Source: Arenicellales bacterium (GTDB lineage: Bacteria > Pseudomonadota > Gammaproteobacteria > Arenicellales > JAJDZL01). From it: a stretch of 64,000 nt of DNA. Position 1 is the stretch's first letter. The number at the start of each line of letters is the position of its first letter. Location: the NCBI GenBank assembly GCA_965206345.1, contig OZ242211.1, positions 2,382,419-2,446,418 of the forward strand, written 5' to 3'. Below the pieces are notes generated by a model. The model worked only from the letters and a program-made list of their open reading frames with translations. It ran no database searches and was not told the DNA's origin. Position numbers and translations under genes: made by a program. This document shows positions 28,777-38,080 of this stretch, piece after piece.

Positions 28777-29703
28777 ATGACTGTTTCGCATATCTTTCCT
28801 CATCTTCTGAACGGATTGAGTCTCGGACTGCTTTTTGCCCTGATAGCACTGGGATTCATGCTGATAGTCGGGGTCATGGAACTGATTAATTTAGCGCATG
28901 GCTCATTGTTCGCTCTCGGTGCCTATTTTGCCCTGACTATCATTGATCCGAATTTTTTTTGGGTCACATCTGCTCAAGACGCCTACATCACATTGCCGTT
29001 AATCTATCGCTACGGATTGGCATTGATTCTAGCTCCCTTGTTAGTGGCGGTCGTTGGAATGGGGCTTGAGCTTTGCATGCGGAGAACCTACGGCAAAAAA
29101 GCGGAATACGGACTGCTCCTTACGTTCGGTGCCGCACTTGTCATCGAAGAGACGATTCGACTGACCTGGGGTCCCACCGAACGCTATTTTCAAATACCTG
29201 AATTCATGTCCGGTGCCATACTGTTCGCCGGTCTAATCTATTCAAAGTACAAACTGTATGCGGTGATTTTGTCGATCATCACCATTTTTCTGGTTTGGCT
29301 GTTCTTGGAAAAAACACCCTATGGGGCGATCATCAAAGCCGGTGCTCACGATAGTGAGATGGTTCGGGCGCTGGGAATAAATTTAACCAAGCTCCGATTG
29401 CTTGTGTTTGGCTTTGGAGCTGGATTAGCAGGGTTCGCCGGAATTGTACTGACTCCAATTTGGGGACTGCGACCACATGTTGGCATTGACGCGGTTATCC
29501 CGGCATTCCTAATTATTGTGATTGGCGGTATCGGCAGTTTTTGGGGTGCAGTGTTTGGAGGAATACTGGTGGGTCTTTCCGTTGGCATCACGGGAGCGTA
29601 TGCGTCGGATTGGTCCCTGCTCTCAATGTACTTGCTTTTGATTGCAGTAGTCACAGTTCGTACGAGAGGATTGCTCGGTAAGAAAAGCATACTGGAGAAC
29701 TGA
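28777..29703 (+). CDS. Liv-type ABC permease (LivH family)
   Basis: ATG at 28777 with GAGG RBS; LLNGLSLG, INLAHG and FLIIVIGGIGS. Confidence 0.9.
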   Translation: MTVSHIFPHLLNGLSLGLLFALIALGFMLIVGVMELINLAHGSLFALGAYFALTIIDPNFFWVTSAQDAYITLPLIYRYGLALILAPLLVAVVGMGLELCMRRTYGKKAEYGLLLTFGAALVIEETIRLTWGPTERYFQIPEFMSGAILFAGLIYSKYKLYAVILSIITIFLVWLFLEKTPYGAIIKAGAHDSEMVRALGINLTKLRLLVFGFGAGLAGFAGIVLTPIWGLRPHVGIDAVIPAFLIIVIGGIGSFWGAVFGGILVGLSVGITGAYASDWSLLSMYLLLIAVVTVRTRGLLGKKSILEN

Positions 29704-29706
29704 CGG

Positions 29707-30735
29707 ATGGCTGTGCGCAAAATTCTAGCGAATGACTGGTATACGAAAGAAATGTTACTGCTTTTCGTTATTCTGGTTACACTTCCGCTTTGGATTGAGC
29801 CAATTGGTTTGTACCGTTATCTGGGTGTCGAAATTGTCATTTGGATGATTTATGGACTCGGCTTCAACTTATTGCTTGGTTATTCGGGTTTGCCGAGTTT
29901 TGGGCATGGTGCGTTTTTCGGAACTGGTGCTTATGCCTTTGGGCTGTTTCAGCTGTGGTTTTTTGAAAGTTTGTGGTTGGCAATAATTTTCGCGATTTTC
30001 GCATCGCTTATCGCAGGTGCCATTGTTGCTTGCTTTGTTTCTCATCGCCGAGGAATATATTTTGCGTTAATGACGATCGCATTCGGTCAGATATTCTGGT
30101 TCATTGCCATAAAGTGGCATTCGGTTACTGGTGGTGAAGACGGATTGCTGAATATTCCACGTGCAGCAGCGGATTTCGGCATTTTTTCTTTTGACTTGAA
30201 CTCGAACACAGCGTTGTTCTATTTCGTATTTATTGTCTTTCTCTGCATCGTCTTGCTATTGTGGAGACTAGTCAATTCGAGATTTGGAAAAGTGTTGCAA
30301 GCCATTCGACAGAACGAAGAAAGGGCTCGCTTTATCGGATACAACGTTTGGTTGTTCAAATGGGTGGTGTTTTCGCTGTCCGCTTCGATTGCCGGTTTGG
30401 CTGGGGTCTTGTTTTCAATGGCACAGCAAGGCGCCTACCCTGACGTAATGGCGCTTCATGCTTCTGGCATTATTGTCATGATGACCTTGATTGGTGGTGG
30501 TTTTGTGAGTTTTTGGGGACCTGTGATCGGGGTAACAGTCTATTTTCTGGCACGCGACGTTCTTGGAATTATTACAGAAGCTTGGCTGCTATGGTTTGGG
30601 CTGATTTTTGTTCTTACAGTGCTCTTCAAGCCGGAAGGTATAGCCGGTGCTTGGCAGGAATGGCGTAAATCCAAAACTTTAACAATTTCGAAAAATAAAT
30701 CTCTACTGCAAATTCTATCAATGAGGAAAAGGTGA
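29707..30735 (+). CDS. Liv-type ABC permease (LivM family)
   Basis: GYSGLPSFGHG, GIYFALMTIAF, TGGEDG and AIRQNEERA. Confidence 0.9.
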   Translation: MAVRKILANDWYTKEMLLLFVILVTLPLWIEPIGLYRYLGVEIVIWMIYGLGFNLLLGYSGLPSFGHGAFFGTGAYAFGLFQLWFFESLWLAIIFAIFASLIAGAIVACFVSHRRGIYFALMTIAFGQIFWFIAIKWHSVTGGEDGLLNIPRAAADFGIFSFDLNSNTALFYFVFIVFLCIVLLLWRLVNSRFGKVLQAIRQNEERARFIGYNVWLFKWVVFSLSASIAGLAGVLFSMAQQGAYPDVMALHASGIIVMMTLIGGGFVSFWGPVIGVTVYFLARDVLGIITEAWLLWFGLIFVLTVLFKPEGIAGAWQEWRKSKTLTISKNKSLLQILSMRKR

Positions 30736-31484
30736 ACTTGGTGCCGTTGTTTAAAGCGAGCGACGTTCATAAACGATTCGGAGATCACGTAGTTCTTGAG
30801 AATATCAATCTCCAGTTTGAGCCTGACTGCCTGAGCGGCATCATGGGCCCGAATGGCGCCGGCAAAACAACTTGCTTCAATGTTCTGACTGGAAAATATA
30901 AGCCCGACCGGGGACGGATCGAATTTCAAGGAAAGGACATTACCGGAAATTCACCACACGAAATCGCACGCAAAGGAATCTCTCGATCATTTCAGACCAT
31001 GAATCTATTCAATGAATTTTCGGTATTGGAGAATATTTTGATTGCGTTGAAAGAAGTGCGAATACATGGATTTGATTTCATGCATCTGCTGGCACGGGAA
31101 AGTGAAGTCGCTGATAAAGCGGAGAAAATTCTCTCGCGGGTTGGATTGTCAGGAAAAGAAAACCATCGGACATCCGAATTGGCCTACGGTGACCGTCGCA
31201 GCTTGGAAATAGGCGTCGCTTTGGCTGCTGAACCAAGCTTGCTGTTTCTTGATGAACCTACTTCAGGCTTAGGCGCAAAGGCAACGGTTCGACTGCTTGA
31301 CCTCATGCATCGCCTGAAACAGAATTACACCATTGTTATGATTGAGCATGATATGAAATTTCTTTTCGAACTCGCTGATTCAATTTCGGTAATACATTGG
31401 GGTCAAGTCATTGCACATGGAACCCCTGACACACTTCGCGACAACAAATGGGTTAAGCAATCAATGCTTGGAGACGTGAAGTGA
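30732..31484 (+). CDS. Liv-type ABC ATPase (LivG family)
   Basis: GPNGAGKTT, LAYGDRR signature and LFLDEP. Confidence 0.9.
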   Translation: MNLVPLFKASDVHKRFGDHVVLENINLQFEPDCLSGIMGPNGAGKTTCFNVLTGKYKPDRGRIEFQGKDITGNSPHEIARKGISRSFQTMNLFNEFSVLENILIALKEVRIHGFDFMHLLARESEVADKAEKILSRVGLSGKENHRTSELAYGDRRSLEIGVALAAEPSLLFLDEPTSGLGAKATVRLLDLMHRLKQNYTIVMIEHDMKFLFELADSISVIHWGQVIAHGTPDTLRDNKWVKQSMLGDVK

Positions 31485-32173
31485 TCCTCGAGATTGAAAA
31501 AATTGATACGTTCTATGGCGAGACTCAAGTGTTGTTTGATGTCTCAATGAATGTGGCAGAGGGTGAAGTTGTTGCCTTGCTGGGTCAAAACGGGTCAGGC
31601 AGAACCACTTTGGTACGCTCAATTTTGGGATTGACGCCGCCTCGAACAGGAAAAATCAAATTCGACGGAATCGACATTACTGCCAAATTGATTCATGAAA
31701 TTGCGCGAATGGGAATCGGCTGGGTACCAGATGACCGCCGAATATTTCCAACATTGACGGTGGCTCGCAACTTGTCTATTGCGCGCAAATCAACCAAGTT
31801 TCGATCGTGGACTCATAGCGAAATTTTTGAAATCTTTTCTGCCCTTGAGTATTTGATGGAACGAGAATGCGAAAACCTGTCCGGTGGCGAAATGCAAATG
31901 GTTGCCATTAGTCGAGCGTTGCTCGGTTCGCCTGGATTGGTATTGTTTGACGAGCCGACTCAAGGACTAGCTCCCAAAATTGTCCAGGATGTAATGATGG
32001 TAATTTCTCGCCTTAGAGAAGTCGGTATTTCAGCGTTGATTGTGGAGCAGAACACATCGACAGCACTTGAGGTCTGCGATCGCGGCTATCTACTGAACCG
32101 AGGCAAAATCGTACATCAAGCCTCGGCCTCGGATTTGCTGAGGGACGAGCAAATGTACGCTGACTTATGGTGA
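31481..32173 (+). CDS. Liv-type ABC ATPase (LivF family)
   Basis: GQNGSGRTT, LSGGEMQ, LFDEP and IVEQN. Confidence 0.9.
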   Translation: MILEIEKIDTFYGETQVLFDVSMNVAEGEVVALLGQNGSGRTTLVRSILGLTPPRTGKIKFDGIDITAKLIHEIARMGIGWVPDDRRIFPTLTVARNLSIARKSTKFRSWTHSEIFEIFSALEYLMERECENLSGGEMQMVAISRALLGSPGLVLFDEPTQGLAPKIVQDVMMVISRLREVGISALIVEQNTSTALEVCDRGYLLNRGKIVHQASASDLLRDEQMYADLW

Positions 32174-32818
32174 ATGGACTTCATGACAGAGACAATACTG
32201 GAAGTTCGTAATATTGTGAAGCTCTATCGTCGGGGACTGCTCAACCGAAAGGAGACGTTCCGACTCGAAGCCAACTTCACAATTCCCGAATCAACGGTCA
32301 TTGGTGTAATGGGCCCGAATGGATCTGGAAAAACCACGATTTTTGAATTAATTACCGGTCAGAATCAACCGAGTTCAGGTTCGGTGTTGATATTGGGCAA
32401 GAACATTCATAACGTGAAATACTCGGAGCGGTATCGACTCGCAATGCATTATCACCAATCATACCAGGTACGAAGGTTTCGCAGAACCAAGCCTTCATTT
32501 CTGCTATCGCCTGTTTCACGCAAAGACCCAATAATTCATTTGTTTGATGAGCCGCAATTCAATATTCAAGATGGCTATATTGGGTTCATGCTCGATTTTT
32601 TCCGTAAGTTGAGAACACAAGGTAAGTTAATATTCGTTTGCCTACACCCAAACGAGCCCTATCACATTGAATTGATGCGAGAAATTTGTGAACAATTCCT
32701 GTTTGTTTTGAACGGCAATGTATATCAATTCCCGAGTTTCGACTCAATGCTTCGAATGCATGAATTTAAAGCGTATCTTGGAAAATTGGCTCCAAATAAC
32801 AGCAGAGAAAATGATTAG
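32174..32818 (+). CDS. Atypical short ABC-ATPase-like protein lacking the helical subdomain and signature motif
   Basis: Walker A GPNGSGKTT, Q-loop, Walker B IHLFDEP and H-switch VCLH are present; no LSGGQ. An alternative start is at 32183. Confidence 0.7.
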   Translation: MDFMTETILEVRNIVKLYRRGLLNRKETFRLEANFTIPESTVIGVMGPNGSGKTTIFELITGQNQPSSGSVLILGKNIHNVKYSERYRLAMHYHQSYQVRRFRRTKPSFLLSPVSRKDPIIHLFDEPQFNIQDGYIGFMLDFFRKLRTQGKLIFVCLHPNEPYHIELMREICEQFLFVLNGNVYQFPSFDSMLRMHEFKAYLGKLAPNNSREND

Positions 32819-33551
32819 CACAAAGCGGCTTTCAGTTTTAACCGGTGCTGCGGGCGTGATCGGGTTTGCAGTAGCGCGTAGATTCGTTGCTGACGGCTAT
32901 CGCGTAATCATGATCGACATCAGTCGCGGTCAATTGAGGAGAAATGCATCAGCAATAGGTGAGTGTGCGGTTCCGCTTGTACTCGATATAAGTGATATTG
33001 CAGCTGTTGAGCGCGCATGCAAGCAAATCACTGAACAATACGGAGAAACCGACACGCTGGTAAACAATGCTGGAATTTTATCCAACGCGAAGAGCGATAG
33101 CATCTTACTAGATGACTGGAAGCAAATCATGGCAGTCAATCTGGACGGTGCCTTTTTTCTAACACGTTTTTTGCTTCCTGCAATGCGAAAGCGCGGATGG
33201 GGAAGAATCGTTAATGTTTGCTCGCTCGCGATGAAGACCGGCGGACTGACAGCGGGGACAGCATACTCAACTTCCAAAGGTGCTTTGGGGGCATTGACAT
33301 TTTCTCTCGCGCGCGAGTTGGCGCCTGAAGGTATTACAGTCAATGCTGTGGCTCCTGCCTATGTTCGAACTCCAATGGTCACCGAACAGCTTACTGAAGT
33401 GCAACGTCAAAGCATCGTTGATCAAATCCCTGTCGGTCGGTTCTGCGAGCCTGAGGAAGTTGCTCATCTAATAGCGTTCTTGGCTTCACCACGAGCAGGA
33501 TTTATCACTGGAGAGATCGTCGACATCAACGGTGGTCTGCACATGGACTGA
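32811..33551 (+). CDS. Short-chain dehydrogenase/reductase (FabG-like)
   Basis: ATG at 32811; TGAAGVIG, VNNAG and YSTSK motifs. Confidence 0.9.
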   Translation: MISTKRLSVLTGAAGVIGFAVARRFVADGYRVIMIDISRGQLRRNASAIGECAVPLVLDISDIAAVERACKQITEQYGETDTLVNNAGILSNAKSDSILLDDWKQIMAVNLDGAFFLTRFLLPAMRKRGWGRIVNVCSLAMKTGGLTAGTAYSTSKGALGALTFSLARELAPEGITVNAVAPAYVRTPMVTEQLTEVQRQSIVDQIPVGRFCEPEEVAHLIAFLASPRAGFITGEIVDINGGLHMD

Positions 33552-33565
33552 TACTAGCGAAAAAA

Positions 33566-34372
33566 ATGAATCCACAAAATTCAGAGCATTTTTCCGGGGT
33601 TTCTGAAATCTTTGGTTTAGACGGCAAAATTGCGCTCGTACCGGGAGGATACGGTGGTCTTGGAAGTGCCATCGCATCAGCAGTTGCAGCGGCTGGAGGG
33701 ACTGTAGTCATTGCCGGACGTCAGAAGAAAAAAGCTGAAATTCTTGCGGCGGGTTTAGTCAACAGGAAGTGGAAGGCCGACTGTGTTGTGATGGACGCGA
33801 ACAGCGTAGAATCAATTAATTGTGCTGTTGATGAGGTTGCTGGACGATTTGGAAGAATCGACATTCTGATCAACTGCATTGGAATTCACAAGGAGCAAAC
33901 TCTGCTAGAAGTGACCGAGGATGTATATGACGAAGTCTACCGGACTAACCTGAAAGCGGCAATGTTTTTGGCTCAGGCAACGGCACGTCACCAAGTCGCC
34001 GCTGGTGGAGGAGGACGGCAAATTCATTTGGCTTCTGTTCGTGCGCAACTTGGGATACGGAACCGTGGATATTCTGCGTATTGCAGCAGTAAAGGAGGGT
34101 TGATGATGCTGATCAAGCAACACTCGCTGGAACTAGCATCAGAACAAATCACTGTGAATGGAGTGGCACCTACATTTGTTTACACCGCTATGATAAGAAA
34201 GGTGATGGACAATCCCGAAATCCATGACGAACTGGTCGCAAGAATTCCGCTGGGGAGAATCGCCTCTCCCAGCGATGTGATTGGTCCAGTTCTGTTCTTT
34301 TGTTCGGATGCCTCAGGATTTGTAACCGGTCAAATTTTGTACGTTGATGGAGGAATCACCGCAAGTCAATGA
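33566..34372 (+). CDS. Short-chain dehydrogenase/reductase (gluconate-5-dehydrogenase/KduD-like)
   Basis: PGGYGGLG, YCSSK and GQILYVDGG motifs. Confidence 0.85.
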   Translation: MNPQNSEHFSGVSEIFGLDGKIALVPGGYGGLGSAIASAVAAAGGTVVIAGRQKKKAEILAAGLVNRKWKADCVVMDANSVESINCAVDEVAGRFGRIDILINCIGIHKEQTLLEVTEDVYDEVYRTNLKAAMFLAQATARHQVAAGGGGRQIHLASVRAQLGIRNRGYSAYCSSKGGLMMLIKQHSLELASEQITVNGVAPTFVYTAMIRKVMDNPEIHDELVARIPLGRIASPSDVIGPVLFFCSDASGFVTGQILYVDGGITASQ

Positions 34373-36399
34373 ATAAGACTTTCAATGTCGAAGAAATAGC
34401 GCGTCTTGAACGTGCCAATTCAATACGAGCACTAGCCATGGACGCGGTTCAACTGGCAAACTCTGGCCATCCTGGTATGCCCATGGGAATGGCGGACATT
34501 GCAGAAATATTGTGGCGAGAATTTTTAAAACACGACCCAAAAGATCCAAGCTGGCCAGACCGGGATCGATTTGTACTGTCGAACGGACATGGGTCCATGT
34601 TGATCTATGCATTGTTGCATCTAACCGGTTACGATCTGCCGCTGGATGAAATCAAATCTTTCAGACGACTCGGATCCAAAACCCCCGGGCATCCGGAATT
34701 TGGAATCACGCCAGGTGTAGAGGTCACCACAGGTCCGCTCGCACAAGGCTTTTCCAGCGCTGTGGGAATGGCGCTGGCAGAAAAAACACTTGCAACACAC
34801 TTCAACCGCAATGATTGCACTATTGTGGATCATCATACATACGTGTTTCTTGGCGATGGATGCTTAATGGAAGGACTCTCGCATGAAGCAGCGTCTTTTG
34901 CAGCTTACCATCGACTCGGTAAACTAATCGTAATCTACGATGCAAACAAGATTTCACTTGATGGTGACATAAGCGGATGGTTCTTGGATGACACTCCCGC
35001 TCGATTTCGCGCCTACGGCTGGCATGTGGTAGAAAATGTTGATGGACATGACCCTGAACAGATTAGGTCGGCAATTCGAACCGCGAAATCGCAGGACATA
35101 CGACCTTCTCTAATTTGTTGTAAGACGATTATTGGCTTTGGATCTCCAAACAAACAGGGTACCTCAGGAGTACATGGAGCCCCGCTTGGGGAAGCTGAAG
35201 TTTCTTCTGTTCGAGAATTTCTTAACTGGAACCATCCTCCATTTTTCATCCCCCAGTCGGTCTACGATTCATTCAGCTGTGTATCTAAAGGCGCCGCGGC
35301 ACATGAAAAATGGAACAGGAAGTTTGATTTTTATCGTCAGAGATATCCAGAACTTGCTAGCGAATTCAAACGTCGCATTGAAGGAAATCTACCAGACCAT
35401 TGGCAAACAACTACGGATGAATTCATCCGATCAATTAGTCGTAGCAATATTATTGCAGCAACCAGAGAATCGTCACAGACGGTGCTCGAAGTCTATGGGC
35501 CAAGACTTCCCGAGTTGATCGGTGGGTCAGCTGACCTGACAAACTCAAATTTGGTGTTTTGGGGTGAATCAAAACCACTAACCCGTGAAAATCCTGATGG
35601 AAACTATATTTATTTTGGGGTTCGAGAATTTGGAATGACTAGCATAGTTAATGGTTTGTCATTGCACGGCGGGTTTATTCCTTACGGAGCTACTTTTTTG
35701 GTATTTTCTGAGTACGCACGCAATGCAGTTCGCATGGCAGCAATAATGGGGATACGTTCAATTTTTGTATACACCCATGATTCAATTGGCTTGGGTGAGG
35801 ATGGTCCTACACATCAAGCTATAGAACAAGCAGCGACATTGCGATTGATTCCAAATATGTCGGTTTGGCGTCCATGCGATGCGACTGAGACAGCTGTTGC
35901 GTGGAAAGCAGCGATTGAGCGTAAAACTGGGCCAACATGTTTGTTGCTAACACGTCAAACTGTGCCTGCGAAAGAAATAGAACTTGACTGTCTACCATTG
36001 ATTGAAAAAGGGGGGTACGTAGTTACGGACAGCGATGAAAGCGTGGACGCAATTATCATCGCGACCGGGTCTGAAGTTCAACTGGCAATCAATGCGATGA
36101 AGTCGCTTGCGAAAAAGAAAATTCATTGTCGAGTCGTCTCTTTGCCTTCAGTGGATGTGTTTGAATCCCAAAGCCAAGAGTATCAGAATTCGGTGATTCC
36201 CCCTCATATGAATCGTCGAGTTGTAGTTGAAGCAGGGGTTTCTGCGTTGTGGCATAAGTTTGCAGGTCCGTCAGGAATAACGCTCGGTGTAGACAGATTT
36301 GGTGAATCAGCACCGCCAGAAGACGTTTTCAGGCACTTCAATTTAACCGTAGAAGCTGTCGAAAAGGCTGTAATGGATGTGTGTACTGGTAGTGAGTAA
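34369..36399 (+). CDS. tkt: Transketolase (single-chain)
   Basis: SGHPGMPMG, SNGHGSM, GDGCLMEG TPP motif, YFGVREF and HDSIGLGEDGPTHQ. Confidence 0.96.
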   Translation: MNKTFNVEEIARLERANSIRALAMDAVQLANSGHPGMPMGMADIAEILWREFLKHDPKDPSWPDRDRFVLSNGHGSMLIYALLHLTGYDLPLDEIKSFRRLGSKTPGHPEFGITPGVEVTTGPLAQGFSSAVGMALAEKTLATHFNRNDCTIVDHHTYVFLGDGCLMEGLSHEAASFAAYHRLGKLIVIYDANKISLDGDISGWFLDDTPARFRAYGWHVVENVDGHDPEQIRSAIRTAKSQDIRPSLICCKTIIGFGSPNKQGTSGVHGAPLGEAEVSSVREFLNWNHPPFFIPQSVYDSFSCVSKGAAAHEKWNRKFDFYRQRYPELASEFKRRIEGNLPDHWQTTTDEFIRSISRSNIIAATRESSQTVLEVYGPRLPELIGGSADLTNSNLVFWGESKPLTRENPDGNYIYFGVREFGMTSIVNGLSLHGGFIPYGATFLVFSEYARNAVRMAAIMGIRSIFVYTHDSIGLGEDGPTHQAIEQAATLRLIPNMSVWRPCDATETAVAWKAAIERKTGPTCLLLTRQTVPAKEIELDCLPLIEKGGYVVTDSDESVDAIIIATGSEVQLAINAMKSLAKKKIHCRVVSLPSVDVFESQSQEYQNSVIPPHMNRRVVVEAGVSALWHKFAGPSGITLGVDRFGESAPPEDVFRHFNLTVEAVEKAVMDVCTGSE

Positions 36400-36506
36400 C
36401 GTTTTAGAATGATTGAAATGAAATTCGGGAATTGCAAGGTTTGAATGGCACATCATGTGTTAGTCTAAAGCAAAAAATTTGGCACAGACTCGATTCGTAA
36501 AGGCGA

Positions 36507-36810
36507 TTATGTGTGTGTGAAGACCTCCCAAACAGTAATTGCAGCAAGACCGATTCCGTCTCGAGCAAATTCGTCAAGACAACTGGAAACGCGAGCTTCG
36601 AGGTTCAGGTGCATCATTTCGGAGAGAATATTTGTGTCCAAAAACCAGAACGTAGTTGTTGACATGTTCCTCCTTTGTCGTAATGCGCAACTGGCTTGTG
36701 CCATAGCGTCCAGAATGCCACGATTCAACCCCGTGTTCCGGCCCGAATTATCGTTGAAAGGCTTCTGACGGTTTTGTACGTCGCTCCGAACATTTACGCG
36801 TTTCGTGATC
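36507..36810 (-). pseudogene. Truncated VapC/FitB PIN toxin with an upstream FitA-like antitoxin remnant
   Basis: AGGAGG-ATG at 36665 gives MSTTTFWFLDTNILSEMM...IGLAAITVWEVFTHT* (52 aa, PIN N-terminus only). Upstream, NVRSDV...GRNT...RGILDA resembles a ribbon-helix-helix antitoxin. Confidence 0.7.
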
Positions 36811-36889
36811 TAACGGCGAAAATTTCTTCCATTTAAAGGCTTTGATGCGCTGATAGTTCTCTCGATAATGAAACTTGTGTAGTACCATT

Positions 36890-37130
36890 TGATTCGGTAT
36901 AGAACTGAATTGGGACATGGTCTATGGCCGCTTGAATCAGTTTCATTAGTCACTGACCTTCCCAATTTCGGCGATTGAAACGGAACACGAATTCATCTAC
37001 CTGTACCGGAAAATATCGTACATGATGCCTTTGCGCGAAAACGCGTGTAGACTCTCGTTATTCTTGAAAAATGGCCGAAGAAAATGTCAAAAATTACCGA
37101 TACGTGAACCTGCTCCCGCCATTTCTTCAG
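36890..37130 (-). mobile_element. IS1595-family transposase C-terminal remnant
   Basis: VDEFVFRFNRRNWEGQ*LMKLIQAAIDHVP matches the IS1595 YLDEF.FRFNRR motif; FKNLKKW lies upstream. Internal stop and frameshifts. Confidence 0.65.
36999..37117 (+). repeat. Diverged direct-repeat copy of 24622-24739
   Basis: Manual alignment gave 89/119 identical positions. Confidence 0.7.
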
Positions 37131-37262
37131 GTTCTTGAATTCGAAATTTTGAATTTTCTCTAAAAAAATACAGTTTAATTTCACGTTTACTTAACCGCGA
37201 AACCTTAGGGTTAGCAGCTCGGACAGGGAGGTCTGAGAATTCAAAAGGATGAGGAATTTACA

Positions 37263-38015
37263 TTGAAATCAATTACAGCGATTACTTTTGATTTGTGGGA
37301 CACCGTAATCAACGATGATTCCGATGAACCCATTCGTAAGGAAATGGGGCTTCGAACCAAACGGGAAGAGCGGCATTTTCTGGTTTGGCAGGCGGTAAAC
37401 GAAGTTTCACCTTTGTCGTTGGAAAAGGTGAAATTCGCTTACGAAGACATAAATGCCGAATTCAATCAGGTTTGGCACGATGAATTTGTTACCTGGACAG
37501 TTTCTCAGAGATTGAATCGGGTGCTGTTGAATCTGAATATTCAACTTCCTGATAAGAGTTTTGACGATACGGTTGAAGCATTGGAGTCGCTCGAAGTTGA
37601 CCTTCCACCGAGACCCATAGAAGGAGCACACGAAGCTTTGGCTGAAATTTCCAAAGAGTTTCCACTTGCTGTAGTTTCGGATACCATCAATACCCCTGGA
37701 ACGGGTCTTCGGGCATGGCTTGAAAAACACGACCTTAAGCGGTTTTTTAGAGTTTTTGCCTTTTCAGACGAAGTTGGACGGTCAAAACCACACCGTGACA
37801 TATTTGCCTGCGCACTCGATGGCCTGGGTGCACGTTTTGAAGATGCAGTGCACATTGGAGATCGCGAACACAACGATATTCGAGGCGCGCATGCATTAGG
37901 AATGCGAGCAATACTGTTCACTGCAACGCGTGATGCGGATGCTGAAAATACGACCGCTGACGCAGTTTGCAAGAGTTACGCCGAACTACCGGCCATACTA
38001 AATCAGTTGAACTAA
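37263..38015 (+). CDS. HAD-superfamily hydrolase
   Basis: TTG start with GAGG RBS; FDLWDT motif I, VVSDT motif II, SKPH and HIGDREHND motif IV. Confidence 0.9.
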   Translation: MKSITAITFDLWDTVINDDSDEPIRKEMGLRTKREERHFLVWQAVNEVSPLSLEKVKFAYEDINAEFNQVWHDEFVTWTVSQRLNRVLLNLNIQLPDKSFDDTVEALESLEVDLPPRPIEGAHEALAEISKEFPLAVVSDTINTPGTGLRAWLEKHDLKRFFRVFAFSDEVGRSKPHRDIFACALDGLGARFEDAVHIGDREHNDIRGAHALGMRAILFTATRDADAENTTADAVCKSYAELPAILNQLN

Positions 38016-38080
38016 TTGATTCAATTGACAATACACTCCATCTCAATCATTCAACCGGATTTATTGAATTTCCACAAAAG

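Noticed and set aside
24759-37710. Diversity-generating retroelement (TR/VR pair) as the explanation for the 230-bp near-identical repeat
   Set aside because: Of 9 mismatches, only 5 are at adenines of one copy, 2 are at adenines of the other and 2 are C/T. No reverse transcriptase is in the window, and the target is the middle of a HAD enzyme.
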